Below the pieces are notes generated by a model that was given only the letters and a program-made list of their open reading frames with translations, did not search any database and had not been told where the DNA came from. A program made the position numbers and the translations under genes. From Caecitellus pseudoparvulus (Eukaryota; Protista; Bigyra: Bicosoecida): a stretch of 64,000 nt of DNA. Where the stretch lies: NCBI GenBank assembly GCA_965644315.1, contig CBFFRQ010000024.1, forward strand, positions 1-64,000. Direction: 5' to 3'. Below, piece after piece: positions 36,161-49,694 of the stretch. How positions within the stretch are numbered: the first letter of the stretch is position 1; the number at the start of each line of letters is the position of its first letter.

Positions 36161-39100
36161 TCACTTCTTGCCCTTCGCTGCCCCGCCATCCTCGCCGCTG
36201 TCGCTGCCTTCCCACTCATCGTCGCCGCTGCCATATCCTCCGCTTTCGCTCCTCGGTGCAGCAGAGGCGGCCTCTCGCCCCGAGCCGCCTTGCCCACCAG
36301 CACTCGCGACCTTTGCCTTTTCCTTCGAATCCAAGGCAGGCTCCGCCTGTCCATCCTCTGCCCCGCGTGGAAGCCCCCCCTGATCAGCTAGAGCGCCCAC
36401 CCCGCCCCCTGACCGCTGAGACTCACGCGACGCCCGCTCGGCCACGGCGGCTGACACTGCATCTTCTGCGCTAGTCAGGCGCTGGATGCGAGCCATGAGA
36501 TCCCCCAGACCCTCAGCAGCTTCTGACGCGCCCTGTGATGCCGCCGCAATGCTGCCAGACACTGGCTGTGTGCCACCTGCTACTGGAGTCGCCGGCTGTG
36601 TTGTTGGTCCCATACTCTGCGCTGTAGACACATCTTGGTCTGCCTGGGTGGCAAGTGCACGTGGGGCCACCTCATCGCCCCAAAGGTCCACCCGACGCTG
36701 TGCAGTGCCTCCCCCCGCCAAGGCCAGGTGGAACTTGGAGGGGCCTTGCAGGCCGGGAGCCGCCCAGGCTTCGGCAGCATTGTGCCCGAGGCGGAACACA
36801 TGGCGCACCTCCCGACAGCGCCAGAACACCAGCAGTTCGCGAGTTGTCGTGCAGTACTGTACACCAAGCCCCTTCCCGCAGACGTACCGCCTGACAGCAG
36901 CAGGTGAGTCAGTCATGGCTCCAGTGCGTTTCTTTGCCGCAGGAGGGGTGGCCTTACCCCCACTTGATGCTGGGCTCGTGCTGGGCACAGTCCACGTGAC
37001 GTCTCCCTTCGTATCCCAACGAGCGCGAACACGCCCCCCCCCGTCGTACTCCCGCCCACTTCCATCCGCGTTCAGCAACGCCACTACCTTCCCATCCGCC
37101 GTGCTCACTGTCCCAGCGCCCAGGGCATCCACCGCAAGGACGGGTTTGCGGCCACCACTCTCGGCAGAATTCGCCTCAATGCGGTACAGACGCACCCGAC
37201 TGGCCAGGGAGGCTTCCACAGCAGCTGGCTCGGGAGCACTCTTGCCCTGCGCCGCACACCACGCCCGCACACGGGCCTGCAAGAACTGGCGCCGGGCGAC
37301 GATGTCGGGGCTCACTGCCACTGCTAGGCCCCCCTTGAACCACGCAGCGGCGGCTGTGCCGTCCGCCCGCACTGCCAGGGCTGTACCAGGGGCTAGCGCA
37401 CTGGTGGGGGCGGCGCTGCCAGCGGAAGCGGCAGAGCGAGCCGACAGAGGCGGCAGTGACCCCGTGGCGTCTGAGCGGCCGGAAGCAACACTGCCACCGC
37501 CGTCCTTGCCGTCACCCTCCACAGCGTAGATGACTCGGTACAGCTCCTGTTCCGTGTCCACAGTCGGAACACGGGGACCCAGGTCCAGAGCAGCCTCTGC
37601 CTGTTCCGGCGACAGGCCCCCTGTGCTGAGGGGGGGCGACACCCCCCCCACGCGGGCCAGACCTGGGATACCCCCACTCGCTGCAGCCGACTGCGCCACT
37701 GTACTGAGGGGTTTGGAGCCTTGTGCCCCCTTGCCACGCCTGGCTCCACCTGCGCCTCGGGACTGCGCCGCTTTGGCAGCTCGGCGGGCAGCTGGGAGCG
37801 AGGACTTGGAGTGCAGGGGGCTTCGTGGTCCCTCCCGCACTGGACCGGGCGTCTGCACGGGGGGGCGCGGCTTCCGAGTCTTGCGGGCAGGGGGCTTCAC
37901 TGCAGGGAGTGCCCCCCCCGTCCCGCCCTTTGCGAGCGACGCACTGGCACTGTCCACCTCAGCGAGCAGGGCGCGGGCAGAAGCCAGGGATTCTGCAGCT
38001 GAGGATGCACTGCTGCTGACGCTGGCTGGCCCACCCTTGCTGGGCCCCTTGCCTCGGCGCCTGCGACGAGCTGCCTTGGTCGCGGAGCCACTGCCATCCC
38101 GCAACACGCCCCCCACTGCGCCATGCCCCTTGGACCGAGACGCGATCATGCCTAGCAGGCGCTTGGCGTGGGCAGTTTTGAGGAAGGCGGCTGCGAAGTC
38201 TCGCGTGGCGCGAGAGATGACCTCAACAGTCACGCCGGCAGCGCCCTTCACAAAGGCGACACCAGCGCCAGTGGAGGACGCAGCCATGTGGCGGTTGCCA
38301 GCACCCTCCGTGTCTGCCGACACTTTGCGCTCGCCGAAGCGACTCAGCATGGTGCTGCTGCCGAAGGTGCTCTTGGAGGCGGCGGTGGCTGGCCCGTCAG
38401 ACGGCCCCGCTGCTGTGTGGCCCTTAGCGCGACGCACAGGGCTGCCGACAGGCACAGGAGCCAGAAGTTCGGCGATGTGGGCAGCCCTGGAGGCGGTGTT
38501 GGGCACGGTGTCGGGGTGGTGGGGACTGCCTGTAACCAGCGTGCCAGTCACCTGGGCCAGGGTGGTGGGGGCGCCCTCCCCGCCACCTGGCGGCTGGGGC
38601 GGGCGCGTGGATGCTCCCCCTCCCCCCTGCTGCCCCTCCCGTGGCACGTCCTCCGCCGCGCTGCCGGTGTTGGCAGCCAGGGTGCGGGGAGCGCCCAGAG
38701 CCAGGCTGGTGCTGGTGTCCACTTCCGTGTCCAGACCAGTCACCATGCGCTGCAGGGTGTAGCAGGTGGCGATGAGGAAGTACCGTGCGACATCGGGCTG
38801 CACAGCCTCGGGGTCGGTGCCGTCGGCCGCCAGGGTGGGCGTTTGTGCCGCTGACGACGCTGAGCGGGGAGGCAGGCGGCTCAGGCACGGGTTGCCCTCC
38901 ACCACCAGCGTGGCCAGGATGGGCTGGGCAGCCAGCACCACGCCCAGTGCAGTGAGGTCGTTCAGCGCATTGTGCGCCACGCACAGCTCCTGCAGGGCCT
39001 TGCAGGGGGGCAGGCCTGCCAGGGACCCCATGCGGTTGTGCGCCAGCGACAGGCGCTCCAGCTTGGGCAGCGAGCCCAGCTGCTCCAGGTGCAATGGCTC

Positions 39101-39645
39101 GTCGGAGGCCCCCAGCAAGTTATGGTCGAAATTGACGTACGTCAGAGCCGCGTTCATGGAGAGATCCGGCAGCGCAAGCAGCTTGTTGAACTGCAGCAGG
39201 GTCGTGGAGCAGGGCAGGTGAAGTGAGCGGCAGCGTGTCGCAGCGGCCAGGGGCACCCACCTTGGCCACCAACGTGCACAGTTGCGGCAGGGCCTCCAGT
39301 CCAGAAATGTCTGTTAGACCCTGTGGCACAAGCATGCGGTCGGCAGTGAGCAGCTGCCAGCCAGCAAAGCGTGCGGGGGCACCGTGCGGAAATTGCTGGC
39401 GGCTGCTGGCAGAAACCGACCTGTCCAGACAAGTTCAGCTCCACGACTTGCGACGCCTGCAGCCCGCGCGGCGTGAAAGGCACGCCCTTCCTGAATTCCA
39501 CAGTCCACACATTGTGCCGCTCGGCGTCATGCACGTCCACCTCAGCAGTCAGCTCCTCCCGGTCCCGCCCGAGCGACGGCTGGCTCGCCACGCCCACGCC
39601 ATGCGCCGTGCTGGCGAGACTGGACGAGGCAGAGAGCGCCGGCAT
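36161..39645 (-). CDS. SDS22-type leucine-rich repeat protein with a C-terminal FAM194/ERICH6-like domain
   Basis: VVELNLSGQ-GLTDISGLEALPQLCTL, LERLSLAHNRMGSLAGL, LQELCVAHNAL, LVVEGNPC (LRR cap). C-terminal VLAVDALGAGTVSTADGKVVALLNADGSGREYDGGGRVRARWD. Two 5' introns. Confidence 0.75.
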
Positions 39646-39839
39646 GGCGCCCACGCAGAGCAGTACGTGGCACTGCACGAGACGTTTTCCAGTTCAAGCA
39701 GTGGGATCACCGGGCACACTCAGTTGTTTTGTTTTGAGCTGCGTGCAACTCGACCAAGCTATCCGTGAAGTGAAATTGGATTGCAAGTACGATGCGCCAT
39801 CAGGAAAACCATCCAGTGTGCCTCCATCCCCCCCCCGAC

Positions 39840-41551
39840 TCAAAACATTGCAGACCGTTCAGGCATCTCCACGGCTGCAGCTTTGGGAGCCGCCGATGCC
39901 GAGGCGGCAGGCGACTTGCCCAACCTGGCCAGGGGACTCGTGTGTAGACCATCACCGCTGCTGTCGCTGGCAGACATCGCTTGTCGGGCAGCATGGCCAC
40001 CCGGGTGGCGGTGAGCATGACACAGGGGTGTCACCCACAAAGCCAGGAGGGTGCCTAGACAGCTCATGCTCAGCAATACTGCCCACAGCGAGGCAAGGCC
40101 CTCCCCGCTGAACTCAGTGCACATGCCCTTCACCAGGGGCTCGACAATTTTGGGCTTGACGTTCCCACAAGCCACAAGCGCAACGATCACGCCAGTCTTC
40201 GCATTCACTGCCGCAGCAGCCGTCTCGATGTTGACCAGCGCAGCTTGAACGTTTGCGTCGCTTGCCAAGGAGGAGTTCTTTGCGGCGCCCACCTCGGCTG
40301 CGACGAGGGCTTGGGAAGTGCGGGAAGAGTAGTAAAAGTTCGCCACCTCCCCGTACAGTCCCGGTGCTGTGAAGTTGGGGTTTGTGATTGGCGTGTCTGC
40401 GTTGGTGCACTCGACGTAGTAGGCGAGGGTCGGCTGCCCGTCGCCGATGGAGTGCACCAGGCTGTGCTGCGGGTCGGCGCAGAAGTCAGACATGGCCATG
40501 GCCAACACACACAGCACAGCAGTGGCCAGCCACAGCACGAGAAGCATGATCTTGTTCAGAAACATGGAGCACTTGAACACGTGCACGCAGGGTGCGATGG
40601 GCGTGAGCGCAATCGCCATGAACACGACCGTAGCACACACTGCGCCGGCGAGGGCGAAGCCTGCCATGTCAACATTCTGCTGCACCTGTGTCTTTGCGTC
40701 ATCGATCTGCTTCTGTCCCTCCTGGGTGACTTGACTTGTTGTGGCCTCGGCTGATACGAGCAAGACGGAAGCGCTTGCCGTTTGTATCTTTGCGTTGACG
40801 AGTCCCTGCGTGGATGAAGGAGGCGCGCCTGCTGTCTGCATGCTGTCCACGGCAGCTTGAATGTTGCCCTCGAGCACAGTCATTTCGTTCCCCAGGTCCA
40901 CCATTGCCGTGCCGATGCCGCCGATGAGGGCGAGCACGCCAGAGCCAGCATCCATCGTGGTTGTGACACCTTTGCCCATGTTGCTCACGGAGGTGAAGAT
41001 TCCCACTCCCAGGAGCAAGTGGACGAGGCACAGGCCAAGGGTGCCGATGAACAGGATTTTCAGGTTTCGAGACTCCTTCTGCTGGTGCTCTGCGAGAGCC
41101 CCCTCCCCTTTCGGTGCTGGGCGGGCGGCACCACGGCAGCAAATGGCCGTTGCAGGGTTGCCCCCGCATCTGGCGCAGCAGAAGGCGGCGCAGTACGTCA
41201 CCGTGATGATAAAGAAAATAATCACGCCAATGATTGCGATGGTAAGCGCAGAGGATGCCTGTGGCAGGCAGGGGGGTTCATGGCGGGCAGTGCGGACTTT
41301 GCCACTCAGAGGGCAAGCTGTGCATGAACACAGCAGTTGCACCACGCACCAAGCCCTCCATCCAATTCTGCACCGCTTGGGTATCAGAAAGGGCAGGGAA
41401 TTCATTTGGCACTTGCTGCCCCGCAAAGTTTGAGCGCGGCTGCGACGTTAGGGAGGGTGTGCAAGGACAGTGCGCTGCAGTGCCGAGTCAACGCTGAGCG
41501 GGGCAGGCTCACCTGCTCGTGCAGGAACTGCATTGTGCCGCTGTCTGCCAT
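39840..41551 (-). CDS. TTYH: Tweety-family (TTYH-like) multi-pass membrane protein, paralog A
   Basis: Five hydrophobic segments with MSDFCADP, TLAYYVEC and ALVAC..LVKGMC..GEGL, matching tweety SDFC..P, YYLxC and LLxC..AL.GLC motifs. Probable ATG at 41551 with 5' introns. Confidence 0.7.
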
Positions 41552-41794
41552 GGCAAGACAGGCTCTTGGGCGGGGCTACAGTATGCTGGTAGACAGGCGC
41601 TTGTCTGTGGCAAAGACTGCGCTGGGCGCAATGAATGCTGCAGGCGCGGATGCTTTTGAGAGACTGCCGTGCATTGTCCGGCCCTTGCCTGAGCTGGGCG
41701 ACAGCCTGAGCCACGTGATCCGAGTGGCACAGCGAAAGTTCACATGCACACATACGAGGCGAGCAGCCATGCTCCCATGGCCGAGCAGCACAGC

Positions 41795-43802
41795 TCACTT
41801 CCTCACGACGTGGTCAGCGAAGGGCTGACCGGGAGCGGAAGCCAGCGGCTGCGAGTGGTGCTCTGGCGACAGCTCCACGGCGCCACCCGAGACAGACGCA
41901 GGCTGGGCCTGCACGGGGTGGGCTGTCGCCACAGGGTTGGTGCCGGACAACGTGCTCTGTGCTGCCAGGGCCCGCGCCTTGACAGCTTCACGGGACTTGG
42001 CGCCGCCAGGGTGCCTGTTGGCATTGCACAGGCGCACGCCAGCGACGAGGATGAGGGCCAGGAAGACGCCTGCCGCGACGTGCACAGCCCAGAGGGAGGC
42101 AAAACCCTTGCCAACGAAGTCTTCGCACAGCGCCTTGATGACGGGGCGGTACACACGCCCACCCAGGGACTCGCAGCTGGCCAGCCGCACCAGGTCCACC
42201 GTCACGTTGCCCATCCCCCAGACACCCTCCTGCACGACGCCCAGGCGGCGGTTAATGTCGTCACGGGGTCCAGGTGGGAAACTGGCCGTCTGCGACTGCA
42301 CGTCATCCTTCACGCTCTCCACGCTGCGAGACGCACTGAGGGCGTCGTTTTGGAAGCGCACGATGTCCTTGTAGAGCCCCTTCTCATTCGTACCGTTGAC
42401 GCCTGGCTCGCAGAGCAGGTAGTACTCCAGTGTGTCCATGACTTCGCCACTCACTGCGTTGGTGGAGTTTGCGATGCTGACGATGCTGTGGGAAGGGCCG
42501 GGGTTCAGGCACATGTCGCTGAGGCCCGTGGACAGCACCATGAGGACGCCAGTGACAAGCCACAGCAGGAAAATGAGGAGGAAGTTGGGCACGACGCTGA
42601 CCTTGTAGCAGCACGTGCAGAGGCCAATGGGGAGCAGAGTCACAGCCATGAAAATGACAGACACCGCCAGCACCGAGGCATAGGCCATGCCCACCGTCAC
42701 TGCATACGCATCCACTTGGGACTTGAAGTCGTCCAGTTGCCGGGTGATGTCGGAGCCAAAGGTGCCGACGATGGAGCTCGCAGACGAGAGGAGGTCGGAC
42801 GTGTCCTGAGTCGTGTTTCCAGCGACCCACACGCGGTCTGCCAGGTCGTCCGTGCCGGGCTGGTTGACGCTCTTGACCTCGGCGCCCAGCGCAGAGATGT
42901 TGCCAGAAAGCTGCGCCACCGTGAAGGATGCGTCGTTCACAATATCCCCCAGGTCGTCCATGATGTCCACCACGCCACCGAAGCCGTCCACCATGCTGTT
43001 CACGCTCTGTCCGACAGCGCCCACACCGCCGTAAACCAGGCAGCACATGACGAAATAAATCACCTGCGCAGGGGGCAGCGCGTCGCTAGGAGTGTGGACA
43101 AGAGGGGGGGGTGGCAGTAGCCCTGCTATGCCCGGCGCGCACCATGCACAGGATAAGGAATGCGAGGGTGTACTTGGACATGGTGGCTTCAGGGATGTGC
43201 GTTCCGCCGATGGTGAGGCCGGAGTCGCCGCCGCCCTTCTCAGCGTCGGGCATGCCGTCATCGTGCGCGTAGGCAGGCTGCGCGCTCAGCGCATCTGGCC
43301 GAACAGTCTTGCGCTTGGCAGGGCAGCAGCAGGCTTGGGTGCGGTCGCCACCGCAGCAATTGCAGCAGAGAGCCAGGGTGTACCTGCGTGGGCCGAGCGA
43401 CAAGGAGCGTGCAACGGCGCGTCGGCTTTGGATGCAGAGGTCGCAAGGCCACGCACAGAAGCAGCAGCAGGAGGAGGAAGACCAACCCCACGATGGCACA
43501 CCCAATGCCAAGGTTTGCGACGCCTTCTCCCCACGCCTGTGCCTCGCCGCCGGAGGTGAAGGAATGCACATCATCAGGGAACTCATTGCCGGCCTCCTCG
43601 CCACTGAACGTGCGCCGAACGGTGGACTCATGAAGGTACTGAGTTGGACAAAGCGTGAAGGGGTCATTGACAGGTGAAGGGGGGCGTGGAAAGGTTGCGG
43701 CTGGCGCCGGGTCTGCTTGCGGAAGTTGCAGGGAATGCCGCTCAGCCGAAGATGCACACCACGCACCAGCATGTTGGCCGAAGCCTCGAACTGGTCCGCC
43801 AT
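41795..43802 (-). CDS. TTYH: Tweety-family (TTYH-like) multi-pass membrane protein, paralog B
   Basis: LSDMCLNP, TLEYYLLC, RLASCESL..VIKALCEDFVGKGFASLWAV. Shares the C-terminal LC.A.RHPGG with paralog A. Several 5' introns. Confidence 0.7.
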
Positions 43803-44287
43803 GGTGATACCTTAGCTAGACAGTTTACTCGCACTGGCCCTCTGGGCAGGGAGCCAACCTGCGCACGCAGAAGAGAGGGAAACCTGCCGCTTGTCGAGTG
43901 AGAGCCGCCGAGCGACACCACACCACCTACACCAACTACGGGCAGCAGCACGCGGCAGCAGGAGTGCTGCAGGCGGCTGCGGGATGACAGAGGTACAGCA
44001 AAAGGGTGGGGTGAATTTTGCCTCGCCGGCTTAGTCTCTCCGCCGACCGAGGCGCCCTTTGCTTTGAGAGCTCCTCGCAACCACTGAATCGCAGCGAATA
44101 GCGTGGTGGCCAACCCCTCACGCCCCAGACGCGAGAGGGCGCCAGCGGCATGCCAGGGCACAGTAGAACTTGTGCCGCTGGCCATGGTAGGGACTTGAGT
44201 GCGGTGGGCGGCGCCCTGCGGCTTGGTTGCCTGACGAGGTGCACGTTACCTGCCCTGCGCATGTCGGGGGGAATCCCACAACCAGCA

Positions 44288-45040
44288 TCACTGAGGCGCA
44301 GCCCACATGCGACTGGCAAGGAACTTAGCCCGTTCGGCATCCTCTGCAGTGGCTTGGGCCGGGCGCGAGCCAGCGTCATGATAGCGCAGCGCCTCTGCGG
44401 CGCCCAGCATTGGGAGCGGGGCCGTCACCACTGCTGCAGGCTGGCCGAAGATCTGAAAGGATCCCACGTCAATGTTGGTGCCAGTGGAGGTGGGGATGGG
44501 CTTGATGAAGAGCAGGCTCATGAAGCGCGCAGGGGGGCACGCCTGCACCAGGTGTGACTGCACAGATGTGGACCTCTTGGCCTGGAAGAAGAGGACGGGC
44601 GTGAGGGGGGACTGGGCGGCCTGCTTCAGGACATGTGCATCATCCAGGGAAGATGTGTCCGAAAAGGCCTTGACGTCGTCAATGGTGGGCTTCACGCGGG
44701 ACACGAGGACGAGCGTGTCGCCAGCCGCTGCCGTGTAGCCCGAGCCTGGCCCCTTGTACTCCAGCTTCGTGAGCTGGTGCAGCCCCTCGTCACCCAGCTT
44801 CAAGATCAAGACAGCGTTCTTCTTCTCTCCATTCTTCGTGCTCTGCGCGCACAGTGGGAAGGCAGGAGCGAGCCGTGCCGTCGGCGTGGTGGACAGCTAC
44901 CCAAACCCCGCACGCACCCAAGCCTTGCCCCCCGCCTTCAGGACGTTTCCCACGGGGTACTGAGAGCTGTACTCTCCTCCAGAGTAGTTCACGATGGACA
45001 CCGGCAGCGTCTTTGACGAGGAGGCGTTGTCTGCAGCCAT
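44288..45040 (-). CDS. Small galactose-binding-like jelly-roll protein (muskelin-N/XRCC1-N/APC10-like fold)
   Basis: IVNYSGGEYSSQYPVGNVLK..AW|intron|STKNG..AVLILKL..ARFMSLLFIKP..NIDVGSFQIFG is the typical pattern of this beta-sandwich superfamily. Confidence 0.55.
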
Positions 45041-45185
45041 GGTGGCGGCGTCAGCGCAGGTTTGCGCGTGGCACTGGCGCAGTGACTGGGCAGCCGTCCA
45101 CAGTCGTGCACATGCAGGGCTGCACGGCAAAGTCAGGAGAGTGCATTATGTGTCCACCGTGCTTTTCGCGTGGCAAGCCCTTGCC

Positions 45186-47912
45186 TCAGGCAGGGGACAT
45201 GGAGGGGCGCACAGGGGAGGTGAAGCCACCCTCCACCTGTGGCGTGGAGCTCATGCTCTGCTTGCCCTCTCCGGCCCACATGCCGCCAGGGCCGTCGTCC
45301 CCGCCGTCGCCGCCAGGCGTCGGCGTCAGCCAGCCTCGGCGGCGCTTGAGGTTCACGATGTCCTGCGCCAGCGCGTCGATCAGCGCCAGCTTCTCCGCCA
45401 GCAAGTCCTCCACGCCATCGGCGTACGCACGCAAGTGCCCCTCGCAGCTGGCGCCCTGTGACGCGTCAGAGCAAGCGGACACCATGGCCGCCGCCAGGCG
45501 CTGCTCCTGCTCCAGCAGGGCGCCCATGGCCTTGGCCTGCTCCATGTGCCGGCGCACAGTGTCAGCCACCGCAGGCGGCAGTGCCTCCAGCGCCTGGGGT
45601 GGCAAGACGGGCGCACCGCTGCCTTGCCCCCCTGCTGACGTGGCGGCGGCTGACGCAGATGCAGAAGGCGCAGCGTCCTGGCTGGGCCTGGGTGCCTTGG
45701 CTTGGCGGTCCCTGGCCGAGCGGCTGCCGCGGCTACTGCCACTGCTGGCGCGAGCAGAGGAGCCCTTCCCGCCCGGCAGGCTGCTGCGCCGGCCAGACTT
45801 GGGCTTGGGCTTGCCCCCTGCTTTGCTGCGGCGTGAGGCAGCGTCGGAGGCGCCACTTCCCATGCTGGAGCGTCGGTGGCTGGAGCCGGTGGTGGGGCGT
45901 GCCTCTGATGCTCCCGCCATGCTGCGGCGGCGGGAGCCGTCGGAAGACGTCGCTGGGCGTGCGCTGGGCAGGTTGGAGGGCGCTGGCGTCGGTGCTGGAG
46001 CGGGTGCAGGTGGTGGGGCGGAGGCTGGAGCGGCCGAGGGCGCAGGGGTGGGCGCAGGTGCCCGCCGTCGCCCCGTGCGGCGTGGCTTGCGCCCTGCGAC
46101 CAGCGCAGCCAGCTGTGCTGGGGTGAACGCGCCGTCCAGCTCATGCGCATGCCCGTGCGGGGGCTGGTACCGGTCCGCGTGTGCCGGGTCTTCGCACTGA
46201 ATCTCCTTGACACGGTAGGCGTACCTGAGCGTGTTCAGGGTGTGTTCGCAGTTGGACACGTTGGGGGAGATGGTGGCAATCATCACCGTGCGGCTGTTGC
46301 CCATGAAGCTGTCCTTGAGCACCTGCGTCAGCTTGGAGCCACGGAAGGGCAGGTGGGAGTGCTCCAGGTACAGGGACCGGATGCACTCCTTCAGCGCCAG
46401 CAGGCTCTTGTTGATTTCGGCGCCCTCCATGCGGGTTTTCTTGCTGCTGGCCCCCGTGTCGGCGCCGCGCTCGGAGCCCGCCAGGTCAATGAACGAGAAG
46501 CGCCCCACTTCCTCCCCTGACTCGTCCACGATGGCGCCGGGCCCTGGCAGGCGCCGCAGCACCAGCTGCAGCACAGCGTGGGAGCGGGACGAGTCCAGGT
46601 TGGCGGCTGTGCTGCCGACGGAGCGGTTGGCGTTGCCCTCTGCGATGGTGCGCATGCACTCGGCCACGTTGGCCACAGGCTGCTCAGACAGCCCGACGAT
46701 GTTCACGACGCCACCAGCGTCCTCCAGTGCACGCAGCTCGGCGCGGCCGCCCAGCAGGTCGTGCAGCTTGCTGCCGTAGATCTCGTAGTACGACACCAGC
46801 ACCTCCACATCCTGCAAGTTCCGCGCCTCAATGGTGGCGAAGATGTCCTGGGCCGCCAGCATGTACACGCCGGGCGAGCCGCCTGCCTCGCCCCGCAAGC
46901 TCTTGGCGTCCCCCATCATCGTGTACGTCTTGCCGCTGCCTGTCTGGCCGTACGCGAAGCAGGTGCAGGCGGTGCCGCTGAACACTGACGACACAAGCGG
47001 GGCACAGGCCACCTTGTACAGGGACGCAGTGTCCACGGTCTGGTCGAAGGCATCGTCCACGGTGAAGCGGTGTGTCTCGCAAAACTTGGTCAGGTCCACC
47101 TTGAGCTTGGGCTCGTGCACCAGCAGCGTGCGTCGGGTGACGGTTTGGATGACGTCCAGCTCCGCGCCGCTGCCCTCCTTGCGCGTCAGGGGCCGCTTGC
47201 GCACCACAACTCGGATTTTCGTCCCATCGTCTTCCACTGACCCTGCGCCTGCCGGCGCAGCTGAGGCGGCGGCGGCTGCGGCGGAGGGAGGTGCACGCTT
47301 GGGCGCCTTGCGCTCAATCCCGTCACGATCAGTGCCACGGTGGGTGTGCTGGGACGCAAAAACGTCCCCTTGTGTGCTCTTCTGGGCCACGGCCGCCTGC
47401 AAGGGTGGCTGCGGCTTCCCGGGCTGATTCTCCGAAGCGCTTGGGCCAGTTGTTGGAGCAGCAGGGGCCGAAGCCTCTGGCGGACCCTCCCCCGGTTTCT
47501 GGGCAGCCTGCAAGCGAGGCATACAGTGTACATGTGCAGGGAATTGTTGGCTGCTGCCGCGCAGTGGTGGCCGCGCAGCGCCGGCGCGCGCGCTGTCCAA
47601 CGCCAAGGTGCAGTGCTGCACGCCTCACCTCCCGCACTCGGTGCACCAGCTCAAACAGGCGCCTGCGATCTGCGACTTGAGTGACCCCCACGGCATCATA
47701 GTCTTCGAATGTCAACCCCATGAGAGCCTGCAGGGCGGCGGCACACGGGGGAGGGGGCTGCGCGGCACTGCTCTCAGCACGGCGTGGCGGCACGCCCGTT
47801 GACACACCTGGGGTGTCACAATGCCGTGAGCCTGGAAGGCGGGGATGCACTCCCCCAGCCCAATGCGCTGGAGCCACTTGAAGACTACTGGACTCGGCTC
47901 TGCGTTTGCCAT
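45186..47912 (-). CDS. KIF24: Kinesin-13 with N-terminal SAM domain (KIF24-like microtubule depolymerase)
   Basis: Motor motifs KIRVVVRKRPL, EPKLKVDLTK (kinesin-13 KVD finger), FAYGQTGSGKT, SSRSHA, FIDLAGSERG, LKECIR. The SAM domain (VFKWLQRIGLGECIPAFQAHGI-ALMGLTFEDYDAVGV..DRRRLFELV) is encoded in two 5' exons. Confidence 0.93.
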
Positions 47913-48149
47913 GCTGTCTACTGCGCTGCTGCGTGCTGCTGGGTGCTGACCACCTGCTCCACACTGGCGCTGGTGAGCGTTGCCGCTGAGCCTGGTGGTG
48001 CTGCCGCGGTGCTGGCAGTGCGGGGTGAGAGGCGGCCTGGACCTGCCTGCCTCATGCTGGGCGGTGCCCCCTTCCCATGTTAGTGTGTGTGTGCGGTGGT
48101 GCCCTGTCGGAATGAGTTTGAGCCGCATGGTGCATTGTGCAGGCGCCCG

Positions 48150-49694
48150 CTAGTCTTTCTTGGCCTTGCCCTTGCCAGAGGGAGCTCCAGTGAACGCCAC
48201 CCCAGGCTTGGTGAAGAGGAAGACGAGGGAAAAGACAAAGAACCCTGCCATCATGCTGAAGACTGCCAGGTAGTACGGGAAGGCGGAGGGGATGTACCGT
48301 TCGTACTCATTGTGCCAGAAACGCCGCACGGTGACTTGGCGGTTTTCGGACACTGTGCTCAGGCCGTGCCGGCGGTACATGAGGCGGAACTTGAACACGC
48401 CATAGTTGTCTGGCGTCATGAACTCGGCCATGTACGTGCCGTTGCCGGTGTACTTGAGTGCCTGCCGGACGTGGGGATCAAGCATGACGAACTCCAGCTG
48501 CACATCATCGCGCACAAGCGGCTGCCACGAGTCACCCTCCCACACGTGCAGGTCAACAAAGTACTGCACGTCCTCCTTGATGCGGTACACGAGGGACTGC
48601 GGTGCTGCCTCGGGCTCTGGGTACATGGAGCGTGGCAGGGTGGACTTGGACTTGTTGTGCAGCTGATGGGCAGGGGGCGACCCCGACGCGTGCTGGTGCC
48701 AAATATTGCTCGCGCGCAGGACGCCACGCGCCTGGAACGCCCACTGTGCCGCGGCCAGCAGGGCGCGGCCGTTGGACACGGTGGTGCCGTCCACCTGCAG
48801 TGCTGCAGCGGCGTCCGACACAGCCCAGGTTGAGCCCACAAGGATGACTCGCGAGTTGGTGCGGCCCTGGGCTGCCATCACCAGCACTGCGTCCTGCCCT
48901 GCAGTGGCTGGGCCCGAGTGCGCCTTGCCCAGGGGCTGGCTGAGCGCTGTGGCGCCGCCTGTGACGACAGGGAAGGCCAGGTAGTTGTCGGGGGACGTGC
49001 TCAGTGCGACGCCGTCAAAGACGAAGGGAGCGGTGGTGGCGTCGGAGCCGAGGACCCACTGCGTCGCAGAGGCATCGCCGTAGGCGGTCGTGGAGATGCG
49101 GGTGTGGTAGCCAGCATCGCCTGGCGCAGGGGTGACGTGGTCCACCACACGGTGCCCGGCCGGGGCGACGGAGATGCCCAGCTCAGCGGCGAAGTTGCGG
49201 AAGGCGGTGGAGACGCTGGGGCCAGTGGTGGCAAAGACATTGCCGCCGTCGGCGATGAACTTCATCACCTGCTTGGTGCTGACACCCCACTCTGCGAGGG
49301 GGAAAAGGGGGAGGGCGGCAAGTGCAAGTGGTGCCTGCGAGGTGGCTCGAGCACACCAGCTGCCGTTCACGCACTCTTTGAGGAGGGGGCCAGCAGGACA
49401 ATGTGGTCGTAGTGGTACTCGCCGTCGGTGAGCAGGGTCACGGCGCCATCCCCTGCGATGTGGAAGTCTGTCTCAAAGCCGGAGTCTGGGCAGGGGGCGG
49501 GAGGCGTGTGCGGCACGTGGCCAGCGATTTCCGCAGGGGCGGCAGCCCGCACCCTCGAGGCCAGAGAAGAATGTGGAGTGGCTGTGTGCCTGCTCGGCCT
49601 TGTCCAGGATGGCCAGCACTCGTGGCCCCTTCACACTGCGTGCAGCAACCACGGCAGCTGCCGCTGCAGCCAGCAGAGCCGTCAGCACCCGCAT
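48150..49694 (-). CDS. DDOST: Oligosaccharyltransferase 48-kDa subunit (OST48/Wbp1)
   Basis: Signal peptide, HSTFFSGL, GEYHYDHIVLLAP, DDVQLEFVMLDPHVR, PDNYGVFKF, HNEYERYIPSAFPYY, TM helix and C-terminal di-lysine KAKKD. Two GT-AG introns. Confidence 0.96.
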
